Source: Eledone cirrhosa (lineage: Eukaryota). From it: a stretch of DNA of 64,000 nt. Location of the stretch: contig OZ024743.1 of assembly GCA_964016885.1 (NCBI GenBank), forward strand, positions 219,232,001 to 219,296,000. The letters are read 5' to 3'. The notes under the pieces are model-generated. The model was not told where the DNA came from and did not search any database. It was given only the letters and a program-made list of their open reading frames with translations. The position numbers and the translations under genes are program-made. Below are positions 10,488 to 22,872 of the stretch, piece after piece (position 1 is the first letter of the stretch; each line of letters starts with the position of its first letter).

Positions 10488-13340
10488 ATCATCATCATCA
10501 TCATCATTTTACGTCCGCTTTTCCCTACTTGCAAGGGTGGGACGGGTCCTATTCAGCACAGCATCTCTCCACTTGTCACGGTCCTTCGTCATCTCCTCTG
10601 TGAGATTCAGCAATCTGAGGTCCGCTCTCACCACCAGCGGTCATCCTCCATGTTCATCACATGTCCATACCATATCAGTCTTCTCTCCTGCACACCACAA
10701 CTTATCCCTCTTATACCCAGTCTCTTTCTCAACTCATCTATGCTTGGTCGTTCACGCACATTGACATTGCACATCCAACGGAGCATGCTTGCTTTATTTC
10801 TCTCCAGCCGTCGCATATCCTCTGTAGTTGCTGCCCATGTCTCACTACCATGCAGCATCGCGCATCTCACACAGGCATCATGTAACCGGCCTTTCGTACG
10901 CAGGGAGAAACCCTTCTTTGTCAGCAGAGGAAGCAGCTCCCTAAACTTCTTCCAACCCGTCCTTATTCTAGATACTATGGCCTCGGAACACCCCCCTCCC
11001 ATGTTTTCTGATCATCTAGGTACCGGAAGCTATCAACCACTTCTATAGACCCTACCTGCATTTGAAAAATGTGTCTATCAATGCGACTTCTACTGTCAAA
11101 TTTCCCTGTACATCTACTGCATACATATTTTTCCCTACCTGTTAGTTTGCCTGCTATCCCACTACATCTCTTGTGTACCCAAGATCTGCATTGCGTACAT
11201 TTTATGGAATTTATGCCAGTTCCTTTTCTACATATCGAACATGGCCATTTCCCTGATGGAATCAGAGTATTGTCCTCTCTTCTACTTATCAAGACTTTTG
11301 TCTTACCTATATTCACTCTCAGTCCTCTTGATTCCAACTGCTGTTTCCGTAGCCAGAATTTATTCTCTAGCTCCTCTACTGATTCTGCTATAAGAACCAG
11401 ATCATCAGCATAGAGAAGTTCCCATGGGCATCCAGTCTTAAACTCCTCTGTTATGGCTTGGAGGACTATAATGAACAAGAGCGGGCTGAGGACCGAACCC
11501 TGATGTACACCTACTTGTATCTGGAATTCCTCACTAAACTCCATTCCTACTCTCACTTTACTGACAGCACCCCTGTACATAGCTTGCACTGTCCTCACAA
11601 GCCATTCCCACCTAGTTTCCTTAGGGACCACCAGATGACAGATCGGGGTACCCTATCAAAGGCCTTCTCTAAGTCAACAAAAGATAAGTATAGTGGCTTA
11701 TTCTTCTCTAAGAACCTCTCTTGTAGTTGTCTCACCAAGAAGAGGGCATCTGTTGTACTTTTACCAGGCACAAAACCAAACTGCATCTCATCTAATTTTA
11801 CCCTTTCTCTAATCAGTTGTGCTAATATTCTCTCTGCCACTTTCATGACCTGATCCATCAGCTTTATGCCCCTATAATTGCTCCTCTCCAGAGCATCCCC
11901 TTTACCTTTGTAACAATTTATGAGAATACTGCTGCACCAGTCTTTGGGTAATATATAGCTTGATTGATGATGCATGCAACCAGTTTAGTGCCTACTTCTC
12001 CTGATGCCTTCAGCATCTCAGCAACTATTCCCGATGGTCCAGCAGCCTTACCATTCTTCATTTCCGTAATTGCCTTTTGTACCCTATATTCGTCAATCTC
12101 AATAGCTGGTCCCTCTGTCGGGTCTACTGGGGGTAATTTCTCTCTCTCCCATTTGTTCTCCACATCCATCAGTCTCTCTTAATGACATTTCCAGGCCTCC
12201 TTTTTTTGATCATTCGTGACACCGGCATCGTTCCGGACACATTTATCTCCAACATCATCCTGATTTGCACTGACACACTGCCTTGCAATGTGGAACACCA
12301 CATGTCTCTGATCTTCCCGTCGCAGAACATTGGCAAACCTCCTTCTCTCAGCCTCCCTGCGTGTTAAGTACACCTGACGTCTAGCTTCTCTCTTAGCGGC
12401 TGTATATCCTTCTCTACTCCCACCATTTTTCCAAGCCTTCCATGCCAGTCTTTTGTCTCTAATGGCCCTATCTACCGTGCAGTTCCACCACCAGGTCACT
12501 CTCTGTCTGGTTGAAGCTCTGCCCCAGCTATAAGTTTCTTCAGTAGCCTGCAGTAAGTTGTCACGCAAGAAATTCCAGTTATCATCTATGTCATAAATCA
12601 TCATCTTTTTCGTCATACATATCTTGAAGGGCTTTGCTAAATTTATATTTAGTGAAAGGTCTTTTAGTTTCCAGACCTTTCTTTTCCACATCTTCCTGTA
12701 TGTCTCATTCTTTCTCTTGCTTACGGAGATGTCACTAACGACTAACCTATGCTGTGGAGTACATTCTTCCCTGGGGTATGCCTTAGTGTTTGACACCATC
12801 TATCTGTCTCGCTGTCTAACTAGCAGAAAGTCAATCTGGCTTATGTGCTTGCCTGATTTGTAGGTTATTAGGTGGTTGGTAGGTCCTGGAAGTCTGTTGC
12901 AAATGGTTAGTGCACTTGCATCACAAAATTCAAGAAGCCTCACTCCTTCTTCATTTCTTAAGCCATAACCATGCCCACCATGTACCCCAGTGTATCCATC
13001 CTGGAGCTGTCCAACATCAACATTGAAGTCCCCTTCTAGCATAACAATGTCTCCGTCCTCTGTCATTGAGGCTGTTTGTAAAAGTTGCTCATCAAAGAAG
13101 TCTTTCTCTTCTTCACCTAGGTATGCCTGGGGAGCATAGGTAGAGGTGATTGTCAGTAGTCTCTTGCCTACAACTAATCTAAGCTTAATTATTCTATTAC
13201 TAACTCTAACTGCCTCTATTGTCTTATCGATCCATCTCTCAGCCAGTAAAATGCCTACCCCACCATCATTACCCACCCAGCAAAGCTTATAACTAAAATG
13301 TTTGCCTGCGATTAGTCTTGCAGTGGCACCTCTCCATCTG
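10488..13340 (-). mobile_element. Decayed RTE-clade LINE (APE endonuclease + RT), older subfamily, in intron 5
   Basis: Broken ORFs 13276-10628: GGVGILL...GDFN (APE), FVDLEKAFDRVPR, QGSVLSPLLF, LLYADD; several frameshifts; (GAT)n tail at 10488-10507. Confidence 0.95.
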
Positions 13341-13426
13341 CCTATCTATATCACACACAGAGATACCACTGATATAAATAGGCAGATAAATATGCGCAAT
13401 AATATAAATAATATAATTTCACTTAC

Positions 13427-13598
13427 CGTAAAGATTTTCCTTGAATGTGGTTAAATTTATTCCTGTATATTTGAAATAAATGTCTGGATGACTTGAATTC
13501 TTATAAATTAAAGAATTACTGCGTGGAATTAGTACATTGATTGTATCCTTCTTCACTAGAAAACTGATAATTGTCATGAGTGTACAGACAGAAACAAT
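13427..13598 (-). CDS. SLC12A9: SLC12A9-like exon 5
   Basis: tgctag|ATT GTT...; IVSVCTLMTIISFLVKK...YTGINLTTFKENLY; donor G|gtaagt; 172 nt, phases fit both neighbours. Confidence 0.9.
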
Positions 13599-13946
13599 CT
13601 AGCAAAGAAAAATGGGATATTATATTTAAAAACTAAGGGGAAAACAAGCATATGTATTTTTCTTTAATAGTTTTACATCTTATTCTTAAAAATTTTTTTT
13701 TTTATTAGTTTCAGTCATTAGACTATGGCCATGCTAGGGCACTGTTTTAAAGTGATTTAGTTGATATCAACTGCAGTACTTGTTTTTTCAACTCTGGTAC
13801 ATATTCTATTATTCTTTTTTTGTTGAACCACTAAGTTATGAAGCATAAGCCGTAAATATAAATGCACACACTCACACACATACAAAACAAGCATCTGCAC
13901 AGGATATGTCTACCAAATTTCAGACACAAAAGCTAAATATAATCGC

Positions 13947-15085
13947 TTATTCTTGGCATCTTTTCCCAGGCATGAAACCAAACTGCTTCTCATCTAGTTT
14001 GACTCTTTCCCTAATTAGTTGTTTTATATATCTTTTCATCACTTTCATAACTTGGTCCATTAGTTTTATTCCTCTGTAGTTGCTCCTTTCTAGAGCATCA
14101 CCTTTGCCCTTGTAGTAATTTATGAGGCACATGGCTTAGTGGTTAGAGCATTGGCCTTGCAATCGAAAGGTTGTGAGTTCACTTCTCAGACCAGGTGATG
14201 TGCTGTTTCTTATGGAGGCACATGGCTTAGTGGTTAGAGCATTGGCCTTGCAATCGAAAGGTTGTGAGTTCAATTCTCAGACCGGGTGATGTGCTGTTTC
14301 CTTGAGCAAGACACTTTATTTCACATTGCTCCAGTTTACTCAGCTGTAGAAATGAGATGATAGGACTGGGGTCCATATCATTCCACTGCAAAGTGGTCGT
14401 GGAGGTGCCACGGCAAAAACCACCCAGCACTCACTGTAAATGAGGTTGGTGTTAGGAAGGGCATCCAACTGTAGAAATCAAGCCAGCATCAGTTTCCGTC
14501 CCACCCTTGCAAGCAGGGAAAAAGCGGACGTAAAAATGAAATGATGATGATGATGACTGCTTTGCCAGTCATTGGGTATGACTCCGTCCTGTATTATCTG
14601 ATTGACTATGCAGGTTCCTAGTTTGACCCTTACTTCTCCCGGTTCTTTTAGCATCTCAGCAACTATCTTTGACAGTACCACAGCTTTACCATTCTTCATC
14701 TCTTTGATTGCTTCTTTGAACCTATAACTGTCAACTTCTATAGCTGGTCCTTCTGTCATAGTAACATTTCCAGGCATCAGTTGTGCTAAGTGCATAGCAT
14801 CACTTCTTATACATTTTCCCTCAACAACATCTCAATTTACACTAACACACTGCCTTGCTATGTGAAACACTTCATGTCTTTAGCCCTAACATCTGAAGAC
14901 ATTAGCAAACTTTCTGTTTTCTTCAGCCTCTCTCCAAGCTGTGTATATCTGTCGTCTAGCTTCTTTCTTAGCTACTTGGTACTGGTCTTTGCTACCCCCA
15001 TTTTTCCAGTCTTTCCATGCCTGTCTCTTGGCTTTAATAGTTCTATCCACCTGTGCAGTTCTACCACCAGGTCACCCTCTGGAGA
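13947..15085 (-). mobile_element. Old RTE LINE fragment split by a SINE insertion
   Basis: EGPAIEVD...GVIPNDWQSS | INYYKGKGDALERSNYRGIKLMDQ lie on either side of the SINE at 14125-14556. Confidence 0.85.
14125..14556 (+). mobile_element. tRNA-head, CORE-like SINE with RTE-type tail (family B), duplicated head
   Basis: A box TGGCTTAGTGG, B box GAGTTCAATTC, ccttgagcaagacacttt core, RTE-like 3' end and (GAT)n; head repeated at 14125 and 14214. Confidence 0.88.
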
Positions 15086-15723
15086 CTGTAATATATTTTT
15101 TGAACAGGCATATGGTTTAGTCGTTGAGCATTGGGCTTGCAATCGTGAGGTTGTGAGTTTGATTCCTGGACCGAGTGATGTGTTGTGTTCTTGAGCAAGA
15201 CACTTTATTTCACGTTGCTCCACTTTATTCAACTGTAGAAATGAGTTGTGACGTCACTAATGTCAAGCTGTATTGGCTATTGCCTTTCCCTTAGACAACA
15301 TTGGAGGCATGGCCGACTACTGGTCTTCCACAAACAAGCTTGCCTCGACTTGTGCGTCCTAGTGGAAATAATACTCTACCACCCCTAACACCTTAAAAAA
15401 AATTAGAGGTGCATTGGTTAATGAAGTTTGAGATGCACTATGTCTGAATAAAAGACATGAAGGTCATGACTGGAATGCATGACTGGAATGCTTTGACAAC
15501 CAGGCCTGACTTATGGAACAACACAAAAAGGGAATATTGAGAAAGATACAAAAAAAATAATACTTTTGATAATGTCATACATTTTATACAGGAATGTAAT
15601 GTCATTTCTATAACTAAGAATTGGTAATTATCATATAACAAATATATAAGATTAAATAGAAGTATATACATGTAATCAATTAATTATTGCTAGGAACCTT
15701 AGAAAGAGTAAACAGATACTCAC

Positions 15724-15878
15724 AAACAAAATGACGGCAGAAAACCGAGCAAACATGGCTCCTCCAACAAAGCAAATAGCAAGGCAGAGAAAGAGACAGA
15801 TGGTGGCATACATATAATTATACCATTGATTGCTTTCATCATATGGAAAATATATTGAAGTATTAGTCGTGAATGTAC
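15724..15878 (-). CDS. SLC12A9: SLC12A9-like exon 4
   Basis: ttgcag|GT ACA...; GTFTTNTSIYFPYDESNQWYNYMYATICLFLCLAICFVGGAMFARFSAVILF; donor gtgagt; 155 nt; this frame is not in the ORF track. Confidence 0.9.
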
Positions 15879-16332
15879 CTGCAAAGATAGAAAACCATGA
15901 TGTGGAACAAATTTCATAAATATTACCATCATATACCTACCTACATACATGCATACACACACACATACATACATACAAACATATATACATACAGTAACAG
16001 TTGAGAATGCCATTTCTTGGTTGTTACTGAGAAATTTGTGACATGTTCACAGAGCAAAAGATAGAAAAATAATTTTTTCATAATGAAAAAAGAAAGTTTT
16101 GTCTTTGATAGCGAGGCTCTCATATGTTTATTATATATAAACATATAGTATATGATGCTTTCATATACACCCTTCTTCAGACAAAATACAATATTAGATG
16201 TATAAAATGTTATATGACATACTCGTAAAAGTGACCATATATGATCAATTCACATGCCCGCTTTGAATTGATCGTATATAGTTTTTTTTACGAGTATGTC
16301 ATATAAGATTTTATATCTACATCTAATATTGT

Positions 16333-16390
16333 ATTTTGTCTGAAGAAGGCATACTATAATTTAGTATCCCTGAAATATATATAATGAAAT
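16333..16390 (+). ncRNA. Hammerhead-like motif at the end of the palindrome 16171-16349
   Basis: ATTTTGT-CTGAAGA-AGG c ATACTA taatt TAGTAT c CCT-GAAA-TATATA-TA-ATGAAAT. Confidence 0.65.
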
Positions 16391-16719
16391 AAATAATGAT
16401 GCTATAGTGTTATATATTCTGTTTATTACTATTATTATATATATATATATATATATAGCCAGAATCAGTTCACGTCCCACCCTTGCAAGCAGGGAAAAAG
16501 CGGACGTAAAATGAAATGATGAATGATGATATATATATATATCATCAGGAACGATCGACTTTCATCATATCAGACCGAGGAAACAATGTTTCCGTTGGTT
16601 TTTCCAATTGCTAATACTATCTATTGGTCACAACTCCAGGTAGAAGGAGCAACGTGAACTAAAGTGTCTTGCTCAAGGACATAACGCATCACCTGGTCTA
16701 AGAATATATATATATACAG

Positions 16720-17063
16720 TGGAGGCACATGGCTTAGTGGTTTGAGCATTGGCCTTGCAATCGAAAGGTTGTGAGTTCAATTCTCAGACCGGGTGATGTG
16801 TTGTTTCCTTGAGCAAGACACTTTATTTCACATTGCTCCAGTTTACTCAGCTGTAGAAATGAGATGATAGGGACTGGGGTCCTTATCATTCCATTGCAAA
16901 GTGGTCGTGAAGGTGCCACGGCAAAAAAGCACCCAGCACTCAACTGTAAATGAGGTTAGTGTTAGGAAAGGCATCCAGCTATAGAAATCAAGCCAAAATC
17001 AGTTCCCGTCCCACCCTTGCAAGCAGGGAAAAAGCAGACGTAAAATGAAATGATGATGAAATG

Positions 17064-17066
<3 letters not shown>
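16720..17066 (+). mobile_element. SINE family B, full copy
   Basis: Near-identical to 14212-14556, between (TA)n tracts; related copies at 15107, 29050, 36097, 61525-61798, and on the minus strand at 4385-4500 and 16630-16700. Confidence 0.88.
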
Positions 17067-17095
<29 letters not shown>

Positions 17096-17124
17096 AAATG
17101 TGTGAGATCCTTCGTACAGTTAGG

Positions 17125-17311
17125 TATATTTGAAAAAAAGGAAAAGAATGACTTCACTTGTAGTGTTAAATAATTTGATTTAATTTTATATTATAATATT
17201 ATGAGTTGGTAGTTCTACTAGATCTACCAACTCATAATATAATATTATAAAATTAAATCAAATTATTTAACACTACAAGTGAAGTCATTCTTTTCCTTTT
17301 TTTCAAATATA
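17125..17311. repeat. Near-perfect palindrome upstream of a hammerhead
   Basis: Arms of about 88 nt around the loop ttctactagat. Confidence 0.95.
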
Positions 17312-17369
17312 TATATATATTTGAACATTAATATCGGTAAGGTTTTTTTATATCGATATTTGTCGGGCA

Positions 17370-17491
17370 TCCACTGATGATTTATAAGTGCCCACCTACA
17401 TATATTCCTACGGACTATGTGTAGGCTTCTACATAACCTGGACATTATTTTCCCAATTTGTAGAAAACTTATAATGAAACGATCGTTTGGA
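17370..17491 (+). ncRNA. Hammerhead ribozyme-like motif with extended, branched stem II
   Basis: TCCA-CTGATGA-T-TTATAAG...CTTATAA-T-GAAA-CGATCG-TT-TGGA; two internal hairpins (cctacatata/tatgtgtagg and ttctaca/tgtagaa). Confidence 0.7.
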
Positions 17492-17668
17492 AAGAGAGAT
17501 GTATTTTAATTATGTCTCATATAAAATAATACAACTGGCTATCCGCAAAATACGTATAGTTAGCAGCCCAAATGTATAATTGGGATTATACTAAGGTATA
17601 TCCTAATGTTTGTTGAGTGAGACGGAAGCCGGTCGGAGTATTGCTTAAAGCTTTCTCTGTTTATGTAT

Positions 17669-17750
<82 letters not shown>

Positions 17751-18086
17751 CGTCCCACCCTTGCAAGCAGGGAAAAGCAGACGTAAAATGATGATGATGA
17801 TAAAGATCCCATAACTCCTTGTGGAGTCGTAGAGGCACCGTCATATGGCGTATCTAGGCCACTTTTAAACCTGGCTGAGCCCAACCCTCTCCAGGTCTGA
17901 ACACAGCCTATTTCTTCTTTAGAGGAAGAATTGACCCCAGTACTGGATTGGTACTTTTTTTACCGACCTCAAAAAGATGAAAGGCAAAGTTGACCTTGGT
18001 GGGATTTGAACTCAGAGAGTGCAATGGGGTGGGATGAATACTCTAAAGCATTCTTTCCGACGTCTTAACGACTCGCCGATTCACTG

Positions 18087-18122
<36 letters not shown>

Positions 18123-19962
18123 CATCACTTAACATCTATTTCTCCTGCTAGCAAGAGTTGGCTGAGTCAACACAGACCAAATCACCATTTAATTGAACCT
18201 ATTGACCTCTCAGACTGGCCAGGGTATTATCTCACATATGTTCCCACACTTTACAGATTGTACTGGGTACATTTTATCATGGCACCAGTACTTAGGAGGT
18301 TGTCATGTTTTTGACATAGCTGAGAAGTTCTCTTGACCCTTTGTTTGACAGGTTATCTACAGCTAGATGCTCTTCCTAATGCCAATCTTTTTACAGGTAC
18401 TGGATGCATTTTTCACGGTACTAACATTGGAGAGATTATTGTGTCATGTCTAAAGGTTGTTAAGTCAGTGATGTGACTGTAGAGACATCTCAAACCTTTT
18501 TTTCAAGGTTTCTACAGCTGGGTGCCCTTCCTTATGACAACCACATTTCAGAGTGTATTTGGTGTGTTTTATCATGGCACCTGCACTAGAGAGGTTATTA
18601 GTCACTGACTTGACTGAAGAACTCTCTACCTTCTGAGAGGGGTGTCTTGTCCCAAGTGAGACATTTTTAGCAGGGAGGTAGGGAAGTAAGAATGAGATAA
18701 ACATGGTGTCAAGGGTGAGTGTCAATAGGTGGGGGAAGGGGGAATGACTAGTATGATGTCACGAGTGAATGACAAATCTGGTTGGATTTAAAAGAGTGAT
18801 GTGAGGGAGAAAAGGGGTGGCAGTGATGGTAAGAATAGTTACTAAGGAGTCATGGTGAAGGGGGTTGGGCATGAAGAATTGGACACTTTTTTAAACAGCT
18901 GTCATCTTCTGTATGCATTACATGTCCATACCTTCACAGTCTGCTCTCTTGTACACTACAACTGATTCCTCTTATGTTAAGTTTTAATCTCAGCTCGCTT
19001 AGGCTCTGTCGTTCATACACACTAACATTACCCATCCATCAGAGCATAATTGCTTCATTTCTTTCTAGTGTTCTCAGGCATGTTCTCAGGCATCATGGCA
19101 TGTGGTGTTTCTTGGGCATTTTAAAACTGGTGAAGCCCACCCTCTCTCCAGATCTGAACACTGCTGATTTCTGCCAGAGAAAGAGATATAGAGGAAGAAT
19201 TGAGCCCAGTACTGGACTGGTACTTTTGTATATTGAACTTAAAAGGATGCAAGGCAATGTTGACTTTCACAGGATTTGATCACACAGAGCAGAGAGCCAG
19301 AACAAATACTGCAAAGCATTCAATCATGTTCTAACAATCTCTGCTGATGACAACAGAGTTAGACTATGTTAAAGGCAATGGATTAAGTCTACCACACAAG
19401 AAATAGTATAGACCATTTGATGAGTTTCCACACATTTTCAATTTAATTTCACTTCTAAGACTATGGTAGAAGACATTTTCTCATGGTGGGATTAAACTTG
19501 GATCCACTTGATTGCAAAGTGAATTTCTGTAGTGCTAGTCATCCAAATTATATAGATATGAAATAGGGGTATAATGAAGCTCTGAAAGCCAAGTCAATGA
19601 TGTCAAATGTAGGTTTTGTTTGCTTGCTGAATTAAGTTCAACACCCCTATTGTATACTTGAATATAAGCCAAGGAATATGTGACCAAATAATCATTAATA
19701 GCGGGGAGGGGGTACTTATATTCAAGGTCAACATTTTGACAATTTTCACCAACTTCAAATTCTACGTATATAAGGTTTGGATTTTTGCCTATTTCTCAGA
19801 CATAAAATAGTGGGGTCAGCTTATATTCAAGTATATATGCCAACTAGAAGTGATGGGGTCCATTGCTCTTATCTAAATGTTCAAGTTTATCATGGCAATG
19901 CCTATCATCATCTTGACCTATAACTCCTGATGGAGTCGCAGGGAAGCCATATTAATGTACAG

Positions 19963-20544
19963 CAGTGGTCGCCAACCTTTCTAAAACCGAGGAACCCTCT
20001 AAATATTTTGAATTCTTCACGGAACCTATACAATACAAAACTTTTCAAAAAAAAATAATAAAGTATTTATTTATTTTAGTGAACTTACGTTGTGAGAACA
20101 GCGAAGAGACCTCGCTGAACTGAAGTTTTCAGTTTAAAGTTATGCTGTCACCGACCAACATTTACTCGTTCGTGATTGGTCAATTTCTAAGTTCAATTAG
20201 TGTATTATCAGTAGTAGTCAAATTCTCGGAATTCAGAAAACTATGTCTTTCCAAGAATTGATGTGAAATTGAAAGTATTCAATTTCCACGAATCTCAGAA
20301 CAGTGTTTTTCTGCTAATTCAAGTGAGAAACTGAAAGTAGTGTTTTCCACGAATTGGAGTGGAGAACCTGTGTACACTACAATAGTACTCGTTCATTTAT
20401 ACATTGCACCTTTGGCATTTTCTTTGCACCTTTTTCAGAAAACCCAAAATATTAATGGTAATGTAAATATTTATTTTTTTAAGGAACCCGGAATTTGTTT
20501 TACGGAACCCCAAGGTTCCGCGGAACCCATGTTGGCGACCACTG
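19963..20544. mobile_element. hAT-type MITE
   Basis: TIRs CAGTGGTCGCCAAC / GTTGGCGACCACTG; perfect 8-bp TSD ATGTACAG (19955-19962 and 20545-20552); subterminal cggaaccc repeats. Confidence 0.95.
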
Positions 20545-21226
20545 ATGTACAGTGTTTCTAGAGTATTTTGGAACTGGGCTGAGCCCATTTTCTCTTTAGG
20601 TCTGAACGTAGCCTATTTCTTCCAGAGAAAGTGAGAAAGAGATAGAGAAGATGAATCGATCCCAGTACTGGACTGGTACTTTTTTTATCATCCTCGAAAG
20701 GATGAAAGGCAAAGTTGACTGTTGTAGGATTTGAACTCAGGATGTAGAGAACTAGAATGAAATACTGCAAAGTATCGTATCTGACGTAATGATTCTGCCA
20801 TTTCATCATCTTCAACTTATCATCTATGATCCTCAACCCTTTAGCATTTAAACTGGCTGTATCCGGCCAGAGTTCTCTCACCACTTTCTGTTCAAACCAG
20901 CTGTATGTGTGAGTATGTTTGTATGTGTGAGCATGTATATATGTGTATATGTGAGCATATATACATGTGTATGTGTGGGCATGTGTGTATTGTGTATATG
21001 TGAGCATGTATGTGTGTATATGTGAACATGTATGTGTGAGTGTATGTGTGAGCATGTATGTGTGTGTATATGTGAGCATGTATGTATGAGAATGTATGTA
21101 TGAGAATGTATGTGTGTGTATGTGTAAGCATGTAAGTATACATACGCTTATGTGCACATGCACATATACATACGTATGTGTATTTAAAAAAAAAATCAAA
21201 ACAAAACAATTTCAATAAAGACTTAC

Positions 21227-21361
21227 CACTTGGACCAAAGTTCTGGATCAAACCTTCCACAATAGCTGAGGTGTAAAGTGAACAAGAAAACACATTAGCT
21301 ACAAAAAAAAGGAAGCCAATACTTCCACCAAATTCTGGTCCCAGAGCTCGACTGATCATAT
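21227..21361 (-). CDS. SLC12A9: SLC12A9-like exon 3
   Basis: [30 protein letters not shown]... (SLC12 signature); ctcag|AT acceptor, G|gtaagt donor; 135 nt. Confidence 0.95.
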
Positions 21362-22737
21362 CTGAGAAATTATAGTTAAGTAAATTTATAGCAATTAATT
21401 GAGAAGTTACAATGGCCAAGTAATGGTCCCACAGCTGAATGGTTGTAAAATCCTATCCTGTCAATGGGAGTGGGCATGGTAGGAAACGTCTGCTACTTTG
21501 GTTGTTTGTTAAAAATCACCATAGAAGAAGCCTCTTAATCTTTGAAAAATTGAAGCTTTAAATTACAGCCTACATCCCCATCATCATCATCATCATCATT
21601 AAACATCTATTTTCCCATGCTAGAATGGGTTAAACGAGTTGTCCTGTTGTGAGTCATGTCAGATCAAGTGACTGTGTCTTGCTCATACAGTATTGTTTCT
21701 GGTTTGGTTTCTACTTTTGTATACTCTAAGCACGCCAATGATTATTTCAGTGCTTAGGAGCATACAATATTCTTAGTTTTTCTAAGAATATAGAAAGTAT
21801 AAAAAAAGTAACATAGCCTAGAGTGTTCTCCTTGAAAAAATGTCCCTTTATGCAAAATTTAAGCTACCCAGGTAAAACAAACAAACAAACAAAAACTGTG
21901 ACCTACAACTTGGAACATATAAACATTAACTTCTATAAATATATATTGTTGTCTTGAAAATCGAGATGAAGCATGAGTGTATTTGAAATTCATAGAAATA
22001 ATTTGAAAACTCAACACAAGAATAGCTGTTAAAACAGCCAAATGTTGTCAATAACAACAGCATGTAGGTCAGGTAAAAATACCTCAAAGGACAGAAATGA
22101 GTGGCCAGTGGTCAGTAAAGAGAAAAGTAAAGTTGTGAGGTGGGAGTATGCTGTCATTGATGGCATTTGGTTGTTTTAACAGTTATTCTTGTGTTCGAGT
22201 TTTAAAATTATTTCTATGAATTAATTTTTATAGAATCACTGGACAGATTTTACAGGCAAAACCAGCCGACAGGAGACCCAGGGTTAGACCCCAAGCAAGA
22301 TGGTTGGATAACATCCATGAACTTGGCTGGTCTCGCTTGGGGATCCAGATGGATCAGTTGGAAATGGTTGCTTCTGACAGGACCCGCTGGAAGGAGTGTT
22401 TCAGGACTCTGCTCCTATGACCCTCTCAGGAGGAGGAGGATGATGATGATAATAATAATTGTTTCTACTTTTGGCACAAGGTCATCAATTATCCCAGTAC
22501 ATTACTGGTACTTTATTTTATTGACCCCGTAAGGATGAAAGGCAAAGTTAACCTTGGTAGGATTTGAACTCAGACTATAAAGGGGCGTAACTCTATGCAG
22601 CAAAGCATGGTGTCCGACCTTCTACCGATACTGCCAATCCACCAATGATGATGATGATAATAGTAATAATAATAATAATAATAATAAAGATATATAAACA
22701 CAAACCTATGATATTTTTGAATTGTTCAAAAGGATAC
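21362..22737 (-). other. U12-type (minor spliceosome) GT-AG intron 2
   Basis: 5' site GTATCCTTTT (22737-22728); branch-like TTTACTTAAC (21384-21375) followed by 13 nt to the end of the intron; no long pyrimidine tract. Confidence 0.9.
22258..22452 (+). mobile_element. 3' end of an RTE-like LINE (second copy at 53490-53680, minus strand)
   Basis: RRPRVRPQARWLDNIHELGWSRLG..ASDRTRW; simple-repeat tail; repeated within the window. Confidence 0.65.
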
Positions 22738-22872
22738 AATAGGCACCACCACCTTCAACAAGTCCATTGGTAGAGATAGCACAAATAGAGAGAACGGTTA
22801 GCAGTAATATCACATAAGCAAGGATGAACTGGCTGAGTATCACAAGAATTCCTGCTTGACCAATAGCAAAAC
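22738..22872 (-). CDS. SLC12A9: SLC12A9-like exon 2
   Basis: Acceptor tttcag|GT; [10 protein letters not shown]...[18 protein letters not shown] (SLC12 AISTNG motif); donor T|gtatcctttt; 135 nt. Confidence 0.95.

Noticed and set aside
14212-14290. Possible tRNA genes at SINE heads
   Set aside because: A/B boxes are present but continue into SINE bodies, and no complete cloverleaf is evident.
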